The notes beneath the pieces are model-generated. The model was not told the DNA's origin. It saw only the letters and a program-made list of their open reading frames with translations, and did not search any database. A stretch of 64,000 nt of DNA from an uncultured Flavobacteriales bacterium (GTDB lineage Bacteria; Bacteroidota; Bacteroidia; Flavobacteriales; Schleiferiaceae): NCBI GenBank assembly GCA_943787925.1, contig CALSOH010000003.1:166431-230430 (forward strand). Direction: 5' to 3'. The translations under genes were made by a program, and so were the position numbers. This document shows, piece by piece, positions 41,373 to 51,389 of this stretch (position 1 is its first letter; each line of letters begins with the position of its first letter).

Positions 41373-41390
41373 AAGGTACGTATCCCCGCC

Positions 41391-41398
41391 TATATTTG
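41391..41398 (+). promoter_or_regulatory. candidate -7 box (TATATTTG) upstream of the DinB/YfiT-like gene
   Basis: Exact TAnnTTTG match 17 nt upstream of the ATG at 41416. Confidence 0.4.
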
Positions 41399-41415
41399 AA
41401 GTTCAAACCCTTTGT

Positions 41416-41940
41416 ATGGATCTGGAAACCTTAAAATACCCTGTAGGCCCCTTCAAGCTGCAGACCGACTTTACTGAACACGATTTGGACTCTTGGATGG
41501 CCATCTTATCGGACCTTCCTCAACAGTTGCAGCAAGCGGTGGATTCCATGTCCGATGAGCAGCTGCAAGCCCCTTACCGTCCGGAGGGCTGGACCCGAAC
41601 GCAAGTCATACACCACTTGGCCGATAGCCATATGAATTGCTTTGTTCGGTGTAAGTTGGCTTTGACCGAACAGGATCCAACGGTCAAGCCCTATGACGAG
41701 CGGGCTTGGGCCCTTACGCCGGATGCGACGGACCTCAACGTGGGGGCCAGTTTGGACATTTTGCACGGCTTGCACTACCGATGGAACCAATTTTGGTTGA
41801 GCTTGGAGGGAGAGGATTGGAAGCGCGACTACTACCACCCCGAAAATCAACGCGACGTCACGCTGGCCGAAGCATTGCAGTTCTATGCTTGGCATAGCCG
41901 CCACCATTTGGCGCATGTCCAATCGACCTGGATGCCTTAA
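41416..41940 (+). CDS. DinB-superfamily YfiT-like putative metal-dependent hydrolase/transferase
   Basis: YPVGPF, PYRPEGWTRTQVIHHLADSHMN, PYDERAW and YAWHSRHHLAHV closely parallel B. subtilis YfiT. Confidence 0.85.
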   Translation: MDLETLKYPVGPFKLQTDFTEHDLDSWMAILSDLPQQLQQAVDSMSDEQLQAPYRPEGWTRTQVIHHLADSHMNCFVRCKLALTEQDPTVKPYDERAWALTPDATDLNVGASLDILHGLHYRWNQFWLSLEGEDWKRDYYHPENQRDVTLAEALQFYAWHSRHHLAHVQSTWMP

Positions 41941-41977
41941 ACACTTTTCTCTACCCTTTGTTAAACCCCTGTACACC

Positions 41978-42524
41978 ATGAAAAAACACCTCCTTTACAC
42001 CCTGATTGGCGGAACGATTTTGTTCTTTTGGCAATTTTTGTCCCATGCCGCGCTGAATCTCCATGCGGACGCGCAGCAGTACACCCCGGTACAATCCGAA
42101 ATCCTCGATGCCATTGCCGCGGCCGGCCTAGAACCCGGTCAATACATGTTAGGCCAACCTGGACCTACGGAAACGATGGAGGAATGGGAATCTGCCATGG
42201 ACGCCTTGGAGGGCAAACCTTGGGGCTTATTGAACTATCAAACGGTGGATCACAGCGATATGATCATGCCCTTGATTCGAGGCTACCTCATTGCGCTTCA
42301 TAGTTGCCGCATTGTTCTTCTGGTTGGTTTCCAACCTGAAGGCTGTAGACGTTAAAAAAGGCCTCTTGGTTGGTGTAGCCGTGGGCATGATTTCCTATTT
42401 CTTGGAGCCCTATTCTGACTTTATTTGGTACAAGACGCCCGGTATCGTGGCGCACCTGATGGACGGTATCATTCCTTGGGCCGTTTTAGGTGCACTCGCC
42501 GGTAAAATGGCTAAAAACGCCTAG
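41978..42524 (+). pseudogene. membrane protein (unknown function), one frameshift near 42290
   Basis: ORF fragments 41978-42355 and 42291-42524 join into a single TM protein of about 180 aa. Confidence 0.45.
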
Positions 42525-42525
42525 C

Positions 42526-43616
42526 ATGAAACACCTGCTAACCCTTTTACTTTGCCTGGGTGCAGGTAGTCTTCCCTCTTGCACAGGAGGGGGCTTCAGC
42601 GTCCCCTTCATTGATGCCCGTATCCTCAGCGGCCGGACTATGCCGAAATTTCTTCCTGGGCGGCCCATCCCGCCATCGAATGGGGCAGCGGCAAGCGTTC
42701 GCGCGCCACGGAACGTTTGGACCGGCGTTTGGAAAAAAAGTACGGGGCGATTCCCATCGCGGTTCCGACGTTTTTCATCTACCCGACCCTTTACTTTGAG
42801 GGCAGCAGCTGGAATGCCGATTGCTTCGACGCCGACCTACCGCCAAGAAATCAACGATTGGCCCCTGGCCAATCAGGCTCAGTGTCTTCACACGGAGTGG
42901 GGCTGGTGTACGCACCGCACTACCGCCAAATGATGTACCGGGGCTACTACCCGGAGTCCCCGTCAAGAATACCAGCGACGCTTTGGTGGCCTATGACACC
43001 GCCTTTGCCGATGTGAAGCGCGCCTTCGAGACCTTCATCGCCTTGAATCCGGAGGGCCGCTACATTTTAGCGGGTCACAGCCAAGGCACGGGCCACGCCA
43101 AACGCCTCATGATGGAGGTCATTCTGCCCAACAAGGATCTACGCCAAGGCCTGCTCGTGGCCTATTTGGTGGGCAACACGGTGACGGCGGAGGACATGGG
43201 CGACTTCCCGCTCTGTACGGATCCGACCCAACACGGGACTGCTGGATGGGCTGGCGCAGCTACGGCAAGGATTTTTACCCCAAGAAATTCGGGCCCGAAC
43301 TACCCCGTGGTCAACCCCATCACCTGGTCAGATTCGCCCAAACGCAGCCGCCGCTACCAGCACATGGGGGCGCTCTATTCCAATGGAAAGGTCCTTCTTG
43401 CGCCACGGGGTGAGTGCCCGAATTGATCAAGGAACCCTGCGCATCGAACGCTTGCGCGGCCCCCTAGGATGGTTCTTCCGATGGGAAGATTACCACCGCG
43501 CGGATTACAACATGTTTTGGTTCAACATTCGGGAAAACCTCTACCAGCGCGTGCAAAATGCGGAACTATCCACCGAATGGACCTCCGAGCCCTACATCGG
43601 GTCCGAATTGGATTAA
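42526..43616 (+). pseudogene. DUF3089-like alpha/beta hydrolase lipoprotein, multiply frameshifted
   Basis: Lipoprotein signal (LPSC). DVFFIYPT, VYAPHYRQ and ILAGHSQG motifs are distributed over at least 4 frame-shifted fragments. Confidence 0.6.
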
Positions 43617-44020
43617 TTCCAGAGAAACTTCAGCTGGCTGTGAAAGGCGGCGTCCACATCCTGACGTTTGCTCTCCACCAACTCAAAAAAAGTGAACGCA
43701 AACAGCCAAGATGTCCAAGCATCCTGGTTGTCGTCAAAAGCTTGGTGCGCCGAATTGCGCTCCCAAAACAAATGAAGGGTACGCAAACAATGGTAGCCAT
43801 CTTCCCAGTGGGGCATGACCCAGCCGGGCATATCGGACAATTGTCGAACTGTAATGAGGGCGCGTTTTTCGTGGTACTGAAGAGGCAAGGTGCTCATTTC
43901 GAGTAACTCGACCACCAACCGCTTGAGGAATGGCAAAGCCGCTTGGACGAGGCGTTCCTCTCCAAAGAAGGAGGGATCTCTCCAGCGAATGGCTTCCGAA
44001 TCAAGCAGTTTTTCCATCAT
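43613..44020 (-). CDS. hypothetical protein
   Basis: 135-aa ORF with no recognised family. Codon usage resembles that of the neighbouring genes. Confidence 0.4.
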   Translation of the reverse strand: MMEKLLDSEAIRWRDPSFFGEERLVQAALPFLKRLVVELLEMSTLPLQYHEKRALITVRQLSDMPGWVMPHWEDGYHCLRTLHLFWERNSAHQAFDDNQDAWTSWLFAFTFFELVESKRQDVDAAFHSQLKFLWN

Positions 44021-44102
44021 AGATAAATCTCTAACAAAGATTCACAAGATTGGTTTTGGGTTATTCTGCATTTCTGAGTTTGCTCGTACATTTGCCGTCC
44101 CC

Positions 44103-44177
44103 GGGCAATTAGCTCAGTTGGTTTAGAGCATCGCCTTGACAGGGCGGGGGTCACAGGTTCGAATCCTGTATTGCCCA
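44103..44177 (+). tRNA. tRNA-Val (anticodon GAC)
   Basis: GGGCAAT/ATTGCCC acceptor stem, D arm GCTCAGTTGGTTTAGAGC, anticodon loop TTGACAG, T arm ACAGGTTCGAATCCTGT. Confidence 0.9.
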
Positions 44178-44184
44178 CAACGCA

Positions 44185-44213
44185 CCCGGCGCTGAAAAGC
44201 GCCGGGTTTTTTT
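44185..44213 (+). terminator. rho-independent terminator after tRNA-Val
   Basis: CCCGGCGC-TGAAAA-GCGCCGGG followed by T7. Confidence 0.8.
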
Positions 44214-44322
44214 ATGGCGCTTTGTGAAGCTGGGTTCTAAGAAAGCGGCATGAAAAACCGGCATCGCCCCGCGATGGCGGGTGCGTTGTGTTGTTCACCC
44301 TGAAAAGCGGAAGGGCGCAGCC

Positions 44323-44375
44323 AATCCTGTATTGCCCACCAACGAACCCGGCGCTAAAAAGCGCTGGGTTTTTTT
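44323..44375 (+). repeat. direct repeat copy of the tRNA-Val 3' end plus its terminator
   Basis: AATCCTGTATTGCCCACCAACGAACCCGGCGCTAAAAAGCGCTGGGTTTTTTT is almost identical to 44162-44213. Confidence 0.85.
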
Positions 44376-44397
44376 GTGCCCTTCCTATCTTTAAGGG

Positions 44398-44664
44398 ATG
44401 ACCTTGGACCTCTTTTTTCAGATCCTTCCATGGGCCCTACCGGTGTTGGCGTTGGTTTGGATGGCTAGCTTGAATCCCACAAGCCGTTTTGCCCAGAAAT
44501 ATGGCATCAATCTGCGGCCCGTCTACTGTCCAAATTGTGGGAAGAAGCAATCACGCGTTCGGGCACCCAAGGACAATGAAGAGGCTATGTTCGGGGGATG
44601 GACCTGCTCGGCATGTGGAACCCGCATGAATAAATACGGGCAGAAAAAAGACGGCAAGGGGTAA
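44398..44664 (+). CDS. small membrane-anchored zinc-ribbon protein (hypothetical)
   Basis: N-terminal TM helix, then CPNCG ... CSACG (a 4-Cys ribbon). Confidence 0.45.
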   Translation: MTLDLFFQILPWALPVLALVWMASLNPTSRFAQKYGINLRPVYCPNCGKKQSRVRAPKDNEEAMFGGWTCSACGTRMNKYGQKKDGKG

Positions 44665-44698
44665 AACGCGGCCGGGATTCCCTTCGTAACATTGTGCC

Positions 44699-45420
44699 AT
44701 GCCCCACATTCTTCACGCCATTTCTGGTCCGCGTAACATTAGCACGGCGTTGCTGTATGCGTTTGCGCAGCGACCAGGCTGCCAGGTGGTGGATGAGCCC
44801 TTTTATGGACCCTTTTTGGAGCGCACCGGATTGGGCCATCCGGGCCGAAGGGAGATCCTAGCAGCGGTTCCCCGGACAGCGGGAGATGCGGCCGAGGCGA
44901 TGCGCAGGCTTTTTGAGAAGCACCCCGGGGAGATTTACCTGAAAAATATGGCCCACCACATGGTGGACATGCCCTGGGACTGGGCGTCGGAGGCGGCGCA
45001 TATTTTTTGGATTCGGCACCCGAGGAAGGTAATTCGGTCCTTCGCCAAAGTGTGGCCACAGGTGACCTTGGAAGACATTGGCATCCATGAACAAGTGGCG
45101 CAATGGGCCAAAATCCAGGCTTTTTCAGGCCCGAAAATCTTGGTGGACAGCGATGAAATGCTCGCGAATCCAGCAGAGACCTTCCCCAAAATTTGTGCGG
45201 CGCTAGGCATACCTTCCATGCGGAAATGCTTCAATGGCCTGCGGGCCCCAAGCCCTACGATGGCCCTTGGTGGCCGCATTGGTACAGCCAGGTGCATGCG
45301 AGTACGGGATTTGGTCCGGCAAATGCACTTGGAGAACCCTTAACGGGCCGCTATGCCGAGGTGGAAGCCGAAGCGCTGCCCTACTATGAAACCTTATACT
45401 CACACCGTTTAGCTCTTTGA
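44699..45420 (+). pseudogene. sulfotransferase-like P-loop protein (one frameshift near 45205)
   Basis: GPRNISTAL (5'-PSB-like loop) and IRHPRKVIRS (3'-PB-like motif). The C-terminal part (WPAGPKPYDGPWWPHWY ...) lies in ORF 45193-45420. Confidence 0.55.
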
Positions 45421-45421
45421 T

Positions 45422-46321
45422 ATGCTACAATCCTACGATCCCCGAAATGCCGAAATCCAAGTTTGGGTAGGCGATGGCCTGGTGCCGCGCGACCAGGCCA
45501 AAGTGTCCGTTTTTGACAGCGCCGTTCAGGGCGGCGATGCCGTTTGGGAAGGGATGCGCGTCTACCAGGAGGGCGTCCTTTGCTTGGACCGCCATTTGGA
45601 TCGCTTGATGGATTCGGCCCAAGCGATGGCCTTTGCCCACATTCCCAGCCGCGAATTCATCACGGATGCGATTAAGGCGACCTTGAAGGCGAATGGGATG
45701 ACGCATGATACGCACATTCGGCTCACGCTGACGCGCGGTGAAAAAATCACCTCGGGCATGGATCCTCGCCTAAACCAAAAAGGCTGCACTCTCATTGTGC
45801 TGGCCGAATGGAAGCCGCCCGTCTACGACAACGCCAAAGGGGTTCGCATCGTGACCTCGGCCATTCGCCGCAACAGCCCCATGCACGTGGATTCTAAAAT
45901 TCACCACAACAATCTGATCAACAATATCTTGGCTAAGATTCAGGCCAATCATGCTGGCGTGGACGATGCCTTGATGCTCGACAATTTGGGCTTTATCGCG
46001 GAGATGAATGGGACCAATATTTTCATGGTGAAAGACGGCGTTTTGCTCACCCCGCACGCCGATGCCTGCCTGCATGGAATTACCCGGGCGCTCGTGATCG
46101 AACTAGCCGCCGAGCTCGGCATTCGATGTGTGGAGCGCAACCTGAGCCTGACCGAACTCTACGCCGCCGACGAAGCCTTTGGAACTGGTTCTATGGGCGA
46201 ATTGACTCCCGTCGTGGAAGTGGATGGACGCGTGCTCCAAAACCGCCGCGGTTCCAACGTCACGCAGCAGTTGACCGAGGCCTTCCACCGCTTGGCGGGC
46301 CGCTACAGCACCGCCTTGTAG
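45422..46321 (+). CDS. class IV (branched-chain / D-amino-acid) aminotransferase family protein
   Basis: 299 aa with fold-type IV PLP enzyme patterns (VFDSAVQGGDAVWEGMRVY, AEMNGTNIFMV, GITR). Starts 1 nt after the upstream gene. Confidence 0.82.
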   Translation: MLQSYDPRNAEIQVWVGDGLVPRDQAKVSVFDSAVQGGDAVWEGMRVYQEGVLCLDRHLDRLMDSAQAMAFAHIPSREFITDAIKATLKANGMTHDTHIRLTLTRGEKITSGMDPRLNQKGCTLIVLAEWKPPVYDNAKGVRIVTSAIRRNSPMHVDSKIHHNNLINNILAKIQANHAGVDDALMLDNLGFIAEMNGTNIFMVKDGVLLTPHADACLHGITRALVIELAAELGIRCVERNLSLTELYAADEAFGTGSMGELTPVVEVDGRVLQNRRGSNVTQQLTEAFHRLAGRYSTAL

Positions 46322-46323
46322 CA

Positions 46324-46755
46324 CTACTTTATTCGGATATCTAGCGCCTTCACATGGGCCATGGTGGCGACCATCAATTCTTCTAACACGGCCAAATCCA
46401 CATCAGCGAGTTTGTTGATGTACAAGCACCCTGCTCCGGTTTTGTGCTTGCCCAATCGGTCTAAGTACGCCCCGAACTGCTCCAGCCCCCCCAAACAGAG
46501 GTAGAGGGAAAGGGAGGTTTTTCGAGGGGAAAAGCCCAGCAAGAACCAATCCCCTTCGCGGCCGGTGGCATAGCGGTAGCGCATGTCGCCGTAGCCGACG
46601 ATGCTGGCCCCCCACATGCGTCCTGGATGGCCCGAAATTCGCTGCATCATGGCATGCACCTGCAGGGCATCTTCGCGGCGACCGGCGTGCGCCATGGCCC
46701 CCAAAAATTCTGTGACGGGCAGGGTAGTAGGTTGCGTTTTATTCTCTTGCGCCAT
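46324..46755 (-). CDS. DUF1801 (YdhG-like) domain protein
   Basis: 143 aa with the pattern MWGASIVGYG ... LGFSPRKTSLSLYL ... GAGCLYINKLADVD. Confidence 0.7.
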   Translation of the reverse strand: MAQENKTQPTTLPVTEFLGAMAHAGRREDALQVHAMMQRISGHPGRMWGASIVGYGDMRYRYATGREGDWFLLGFSPRKTSLSLYLCLGGLEQFGAYLDRLGKHKTGAGCLYINKLADVDLAVLEELMVATMAHVKALDIRIK

Positions 46756-46759
46756 GGCG

Positions 46760-48001
46760 TTAGTTCAGCATTCCGGCCGCAACCGTGGCACCGGACGTTT
46801 CGTCGACGAGAATAAATGAACCGGTAATGCGATTTTGGCGGTAGGCGTCCATGACCAAGGGCTTGGTTGTTTTCAGCTGTACTTGCGAAATGCTGTTGGT
46901 GCTGAGCGGACCTTCAGGCGCCTGGAATTCCAAGGCGAGGATGTCCAATACCCCATCTACCTGACTGATCATCGCCCGCGCATCGGCACTCCCATGGCGG
47001 ATGATGTACTTGGCTCCGGGGCGTTGCGCCTGGTTGTCCAGCCAGCACAAGGTGGCTTGGGGGCTTGATTCAAGGCGCGGCGCGGCCCCCGCCACGAGGG
47101 TGTCTCCCCGGGAAATGTCGACGTCTTCGGTCAAGGTAATGGCTACCGATTGGCCGGTGTGGGCTACCGTCAAGGAGGTGTCCCCGAGGAGGATTTGGTC
47201 CACATGGCTTTGTAGTCCAGAAGGCTGAACGCTAACCACATCCCCTACGCGGATCTGACCCGAAGCCACGCGCCCGGCGTATCCTCGAAAATCATGGTGG
47301 GCATCGGAGTGGGGCCGAATCACCGTCTGAACCGGGAAGCGGAAATCGCTCGTGGCTTCTGGGCGTGCCACTTCCACTGTCTCCAGATGGCGAAGCAAGG
47401 TCGGCCCCGCATACCAAGGCATGTGGGGGCTTGGGTCGACGACATTGTCGCCCAAGAGGGCCGAAATGGGGATAAATGCGACGTGCTGAAGGCCTGCAGC
47501 CGCTTGGACCGAGGCATAGGTTTCGACAATGGCTTGGTAGGCTTCCTCGGAAAAGTCCACCAAATCCATTTTGTTGATGCAAACCATGATATTGGGAATC
47601 CCCAATAGACCGGCCAAAAAGCTGTGTCGGCGGGTCTGCTCCACCACGCCATGGCGGGCGTCCACCAAAATCAGCGCCGCATCCGCCGTGGAGGCCCCCG
47701 TCACCATGTTGCGGGTGTACTGGATGTGGCCCGGGGTATCCGCGATGATAAACTTGCGGGCTGGCGTGGCAAAATACCGGTAGGCCACGTCAATGGTGAT
47801 GCCCTGCTCGCGCTCGTCTTTCAAGCCGTCGGTCAAGAGGCTAAAATCGATGCGCTCCAAGCCCTTGCGCTGAGAGCTTTTTTCGACCGCTTCCATTTGG
47901 TCGATGAAGACGCTTTTGGAGTCAAAAAGCAAGCGGCCAATGAGGGTGGATTTTCCGTCATCGACGGAGCCAGCCGTGGTAAATCGTAGTAGGTTCATCA
48001 T
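46760..48001 (-). CDS. cysN: sulfate adenylyltransferase subunit 1 (GTPase)
   Basis: GSVDDGKST G1 motif, DTPGH, NKMD. 413 aa. Confidence 0.93.
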   Translation of the reverse strand: MMNLLRFTTAGSVDDGKSTLIGRLLFDSKSVFIDQMEAVEKSSQRKGLERIDFSLLTDGLKDEREQGITIDVAYRYFATPARKFIIADTPGHIQYTRNMVTGASTADAALILVDARHGVVEQTRRHSFLAGLLGIPNIMVCINKMDLVDFSEEAYQAIVETYASVQAAAGLQHVAFIPISALLGDNVVDPSPHMPWYAGPTLLRHLETVEVARPEATSDFRFPVQTVIRPHSDAHHDFRGYAGRVASGQIRVGDVVSVQPSGLQSHVDQILLGDTSLTVAHTGQSVAITLTEDVDISRGDTLVAGAAPRLESSPQATLCWLDNQAQRPGAKYIIRHGSADARAMISQVDGVLDILALEFQAPEGPLSTNSISQVQLKTTKPLVMDAYRQNRITGSFILVDETSGATVAAGMLN

Positions 48002-48012
48002 CGTATCAGGGC

Positions 48013-48909
48013 TTAGAAATAGCCTTCTTTTTTGCGTTCTTCCATGGCGTTCTCGCTGCGCTTATCGTCCTCGCGGTTGCCGCGTTCTGTTTGGCGGGAG
48101 GTTTCGATTTCGCGGATCACATCGTCCAATTCGGAGGCGTGGGATTCAAGTCCCCCGGTAATTGTGATGTCACCCAGGGTGCGGAAGCGCACCATTTTTT
48201 CTTGGGGCACTTCGGTGGGGCGCAGGGTGATAAAATCGCTGACAGGAATCCAGGAATTGCTGCGCCAAATGACCTGCCGAGGGCGGGCAAAGTAGAGCTC
48301 GGGAAGCTCGATGTTTTCGCGTCGGATATAGTGCCAAACATCCATCTCCGTCCAGTTGGAAATAGGGAAAACGCGGAAGTGCTCGCCTGGGCGCTTTTTG
48401 CCGTTGAAGAGGTTCCAGAGTTCGGGGCGTTGGTTCTTGGGGTCCCATTGGCCAAAATCGTCGCGGTGGCTGAAGAAGCGCTCTTTGGCACGGGCCTTTT
48501 CCTCGTCGCGGCGTGCACCCCCCATCAAGCAGTCAAATTGGTGGGCTTCAATGGTTTCCAAAAGCGTAGTCGTTTGCAAACGGTTGCGATTCGCTGCCAT
48601 GCCTGTCTCCTCTTGGACGCTACCGCGGTCGATCGAGTTTTGGACCAGCCCAACAATCAGGCGGGTGTGCATTTTCTCGACAAAGGCGTCGCGGAAAGCG
48701 ATGGCCTCCGGAAAATTATGTCCGGTGTCGACGTGTACCAGGGGAAAAGGGAGGTTGGCGGGAGCAAAGGCTTTTCGGGCCAAATGGCTCACCACAATAG
48801 AGTCTTTGCCCCCCGAAAAGAGGATGCCCGGATTTTCGAATTGCGCATAGACCTCGCGAATGATGTACATCGCTTCGGCCTCCAATTCATCGAGATGGTC
48901 GTAAATCAT
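48013..48909 (-). CDS. cysD: sulfate adenylyltransferase subunit 2
   Basis: [22 protein letters not shown] (PP-loop). Start ATG overlaps the cysC stop (ATGA). Confidence 0.93.
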   Translation of the reverse strand: MIYDHLDELEAEAMYIIREVYAQFENPGILFSGGKDSIVVSHLARKAFAPANLPFPLVHVDTGHNFPEAIAFRDAFVEKMHTRLIVGLVQNSIDRGSVQEETGMAANRNRLQTTTLLETIEAHQFDCLMGGARRDEEKARAKERFFSHRDDFGQWDPKNQRPELWNLFNGKKRPGEHFRVFPISNWTEMDVWHYIRRENIELPELYFARPRQVIWRSNSWIPVSDFITLRPTEVPQEKMVRFRTLGDITITGGLESHASELDDVIREIETSRQTERGNREDDKRSENAMEERKKEGYF

Positions 48910-49493
48910 GAGTGTAAAAATGCAAGGATGGTTTGACGGCATTCCGTCAAAGAGTTCAGATCCGTCCGCACGTGGACGTCGGGCTGTGCAGGGGCTTCAA
49001 AAGGGGAGGAGATGCCCGTGAAATCTGGGATTAAGCCTTGACGCGCCTTGGCGTATAAGCCCTTGACGTCACGGGATTCGCAGACCTCCAGGGGGCAGTC
49101 TACGTAGATTTCGACAAATCGCTCCGTGCCGACGATGCTGCGTGCTTTTTCGCGGTCCGCGGCGAAAGGGCTCACGAAGGCGGTCAAAACGATGAGGCCG
49201 GCGTCAGCCATGAGTTTAGCTACCTCGGCTACCCGGCGAATGTTTTCCGTACGGTCCGCCTCGCTGAAGCCGAGGTCTCCATTGAGGCCATGTCGTAGGT
49301 TGTCTCCGTCGAGCAAGAAGGTGTGGCGGCCTTGGGCATGAAGCTGTACTTCGAGATCGTTGGCGAGGGTGCTTTTGCCGCTGCCGCTCAGCCCCGTGAA
49401 CCAAAGGACTTGCCCTCGTTGGCCCAGGGCTTTTTCGCGGTTAGAAGGCCCAATTTGGTATGATTGTCGTACGACGTGTTCGGAGGATTTCAT
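48906..49493 (-). CDS. cysC: adenylyl-sulfate (APS) kinase
   Basis: [12 protein letters not shown]-loop, [16 protein letters not shown]. Confidence 0.93.
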   Translation of the reverse strand: MKSSEHVVRQSYQIGPSNREKALGQRGQVLWFTGLSGSGKSTLANDLEVQLHAQGRHTFLLDGDNLRHGLNGDLGFSEADRTENIRRVAEVAKLMADAGLIVLTAFVSPFAADREKARSIVGTERFVEIYVDCPLEVCESRDVKGLYAKARQGLIPDFTGISSPFEAPAQPDVHVRTDLNSLTECRQTILAFLHS

Positions 49494-49496
49494 GGC

Positions 49497-51242
49497 TTAC
49501 AGGAAAAATAAATACGTGAGAATAACCACGGAATAAATCAACGTAATCCAGGCCCCAAAACGCAGGTAATCCCGCGATTGGTAGGCCCCTGGACCCATGA
49601 CCATGAGGTTGGTTTGGTAGCCGAAGGGTGTTAAAAACGCGTTGGAGGCCCCAAAGGCCAGAGCGAGGAAGCCGTGCAGGGCACTGAGTTCGGGCTGGCT
49701 AGTGATGCATACAGCGACCACGGGGAACATGAGGGCAACAGCCGCCACATTGGTCATCAAGTTGGTCAGGACCGTGGTGACTCCGAAGATGAGGAACACC
49801 CAAGTAAAGGCAGAAAGAGACGTGGCGGCGGGGAGGAGGACAAAAAGGTCATCCATCAGTCCCGAGGCCATCAAGGCTTTGGAAAATCCAAGGGCACACA
49901 TCAAAATGACCATGAGTTCCCAATCCAGGGATTTTTTGAAGTCCCCCCATCCGAGCCATCCCACCGCGGCTAAAGTCCCTGCAAATCCTAGGAGCATGGT
50001 CAAAAAATCTACCTGTCCTAGGGCGTAGCTCGCGGCAAAACCCAAAATGCCGAGGGCGAGAATTCCTCGTTTGGCAGGGGTCAAGGGTTGAAGAGGGGCT
50101 TGGGTTGTCAAGCTATATACATGCTTGGAATCGGCCATCAGTTCGTCGTGGCGCGCACCTGCAATGAGTAGAAGTAAGTCCCCCGCTTGTAGGATAATGT
50201 CCCCAATTCGACCCTGCATACGCTCACCGCGGCGATGTACCGCAACGATGGCGGCATCATAGCGCTGGCGGAACTGGGAGCCGCGCACTTGGGCCCCGAC
50301 CAAATCGCTACCGGGTGGGATCATCACTTCAACCAAGGCGGAATTCGCCGCACCTTGGGTCAGTTCCTCTTGTGGAAGGGCTAGCCCCGAATTGGAGCGG
50401 GTCAGGTCGCGCACGGCATCCAGGGCACCCGCAAAAAACAGCCGGTCACCCCCCTCCAGGATTTCTGTGGGGCTGACCGGGGCGATGAGGCGTTGGCCGC
50501 GAACGATTTCGACTAAAAAGAGGCCATGGACTTGCCGGAGGCCGGCTTCTTGGACGGATTTGCCCGTGAAGGGGCTCTGCGTTAAGACGCGAGTCTCCAC
50601 GGTGTATTCGCGGGACTTTTCTGCACTTTCTACAGCGTGTTTTGGGAGAAAACGCCCCGCCAAGCCTGCCATGGCGAGTACCCCGACCATCACAACACCA
50701 AGGCCGGGAAGGAGGTAATCCGTTGTATGTAAAATTTTCAAGCCGTTCTCCTCCAGCAGGCCGTTGAGAACCAAGTTGGTGGAGGTACCAATGACGGTGA
50801 GCATTCCGCCGAGGGTGGCGGCAAAGGCCAAGGGCATGAGGTAGGTCGATGGGGACTGCCGATTGCGAATCGCCCATTGACGAACAGGTCCCATGAGTAG
50901 GGCCACCACGGCCGTGTTATTGAGCACCGCGGACAAGAGTGCGGTAGGGGTCAAAATGCGAAGCAAAAAGCCACGAGGGGTGGCGTGCTGCGTCCAACGT
51001 TGCAGGGCTTGGGCCAACCCGAGCCGAGATTGCACGGCCCCCGCCAAAATCATCAAAAGAAAGAGGATCAGGAGGGACGGCGTAGTGAGGGTCCCGAGGA
51101 GTTCAGATGCGGAGGTATAGCCAAATAGGACGAGAAACAAACCACCCGCCCCAAAGGCGTGTACGGGCTTGATGCGCTTGGAAAAAAGCGCCAAAACTAC
51201 CGTGCCATAAACGCAGAGTAAAAGGATGTGGGCCGTTTGCAT
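49497..51242 (-). CDS. SLC13/DASS-family anion permease with two central TrkA-C domains (putative sulfate transporter)
   Basis: Multi-TM halves flank two TrkA-C-like domains. First gene of the cysC-cysD-cysN operon. ATG at 51242 preferred over TTG at 51251. TATCTTTG box (minus strand) at 51249-51256. Confidence 0.8.
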   Translation of the reverse strand: MQTAHILLLCVYGTVVLALFSKRIKPVHAFGAGGLFLVLFGYTSASELLGTLTTPSLLILFLLMILAGAVQSRLGLAQALQRWTQHATPRGFLLRILTPTALLSAVLNNTAVVALLMGPVRQWAIRNRQSPSTYLMPLAFAATLGGMLTVIGTSTNLVLNGLLEENGLKILHTTDYLLPGLGVVMVGVLAMAGLAGRFLPKHAVESAEKSREYTVETRVLTQSPFTGKSVQEAGLRQVHGLFLVEIVRGQRLIAPVSPTEILEGGDRLFFAGALDAVRDLTRSNSGLALPQEELTQGAANSALVEVMIPPGSDLVGAQVRGSQFRQRYDAAIVAVHRRGERMQGRIGDIILQAGDLLLLIAGARHDELMADSKHVYSLTTQAPLQPLTPAKRGILALGILGFAASYALGQVDFLTMLLGFAGTLAAVGWLGWGDFKKSLDWELMVILMCALGFSKALMASGLMDDLFVLLPAATSLSAFTWVFLIFGVTTVLTNLMTNVAAVALMFPVVAVCITSQPELSALHGFLALAFGASNAFLTPFGYQTNLMVMGPGAYQSRDYLRFGAWITLIYSVVILTYLFFL

Positions 51243-51389
51243 GGTTGGCAAAGATATAATATCCTACTAAAATGGTAGGAATTAAATGGCGAGGCATTTC
51301 TACTGGCCTTTCTCCGAGTGTCAGCTGCCCATTATCGAACGGAGTGGGAGGACTTGTTTGGCCCTTATAGCCCCCGTACCTTCGGATCT

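Noticed and set aside
48091-48936. 281-aa plus-strand ORF (and 47624-47989, 48356-48850)
   Set aside because: Antisense to or out of frame with cysD and cysN.
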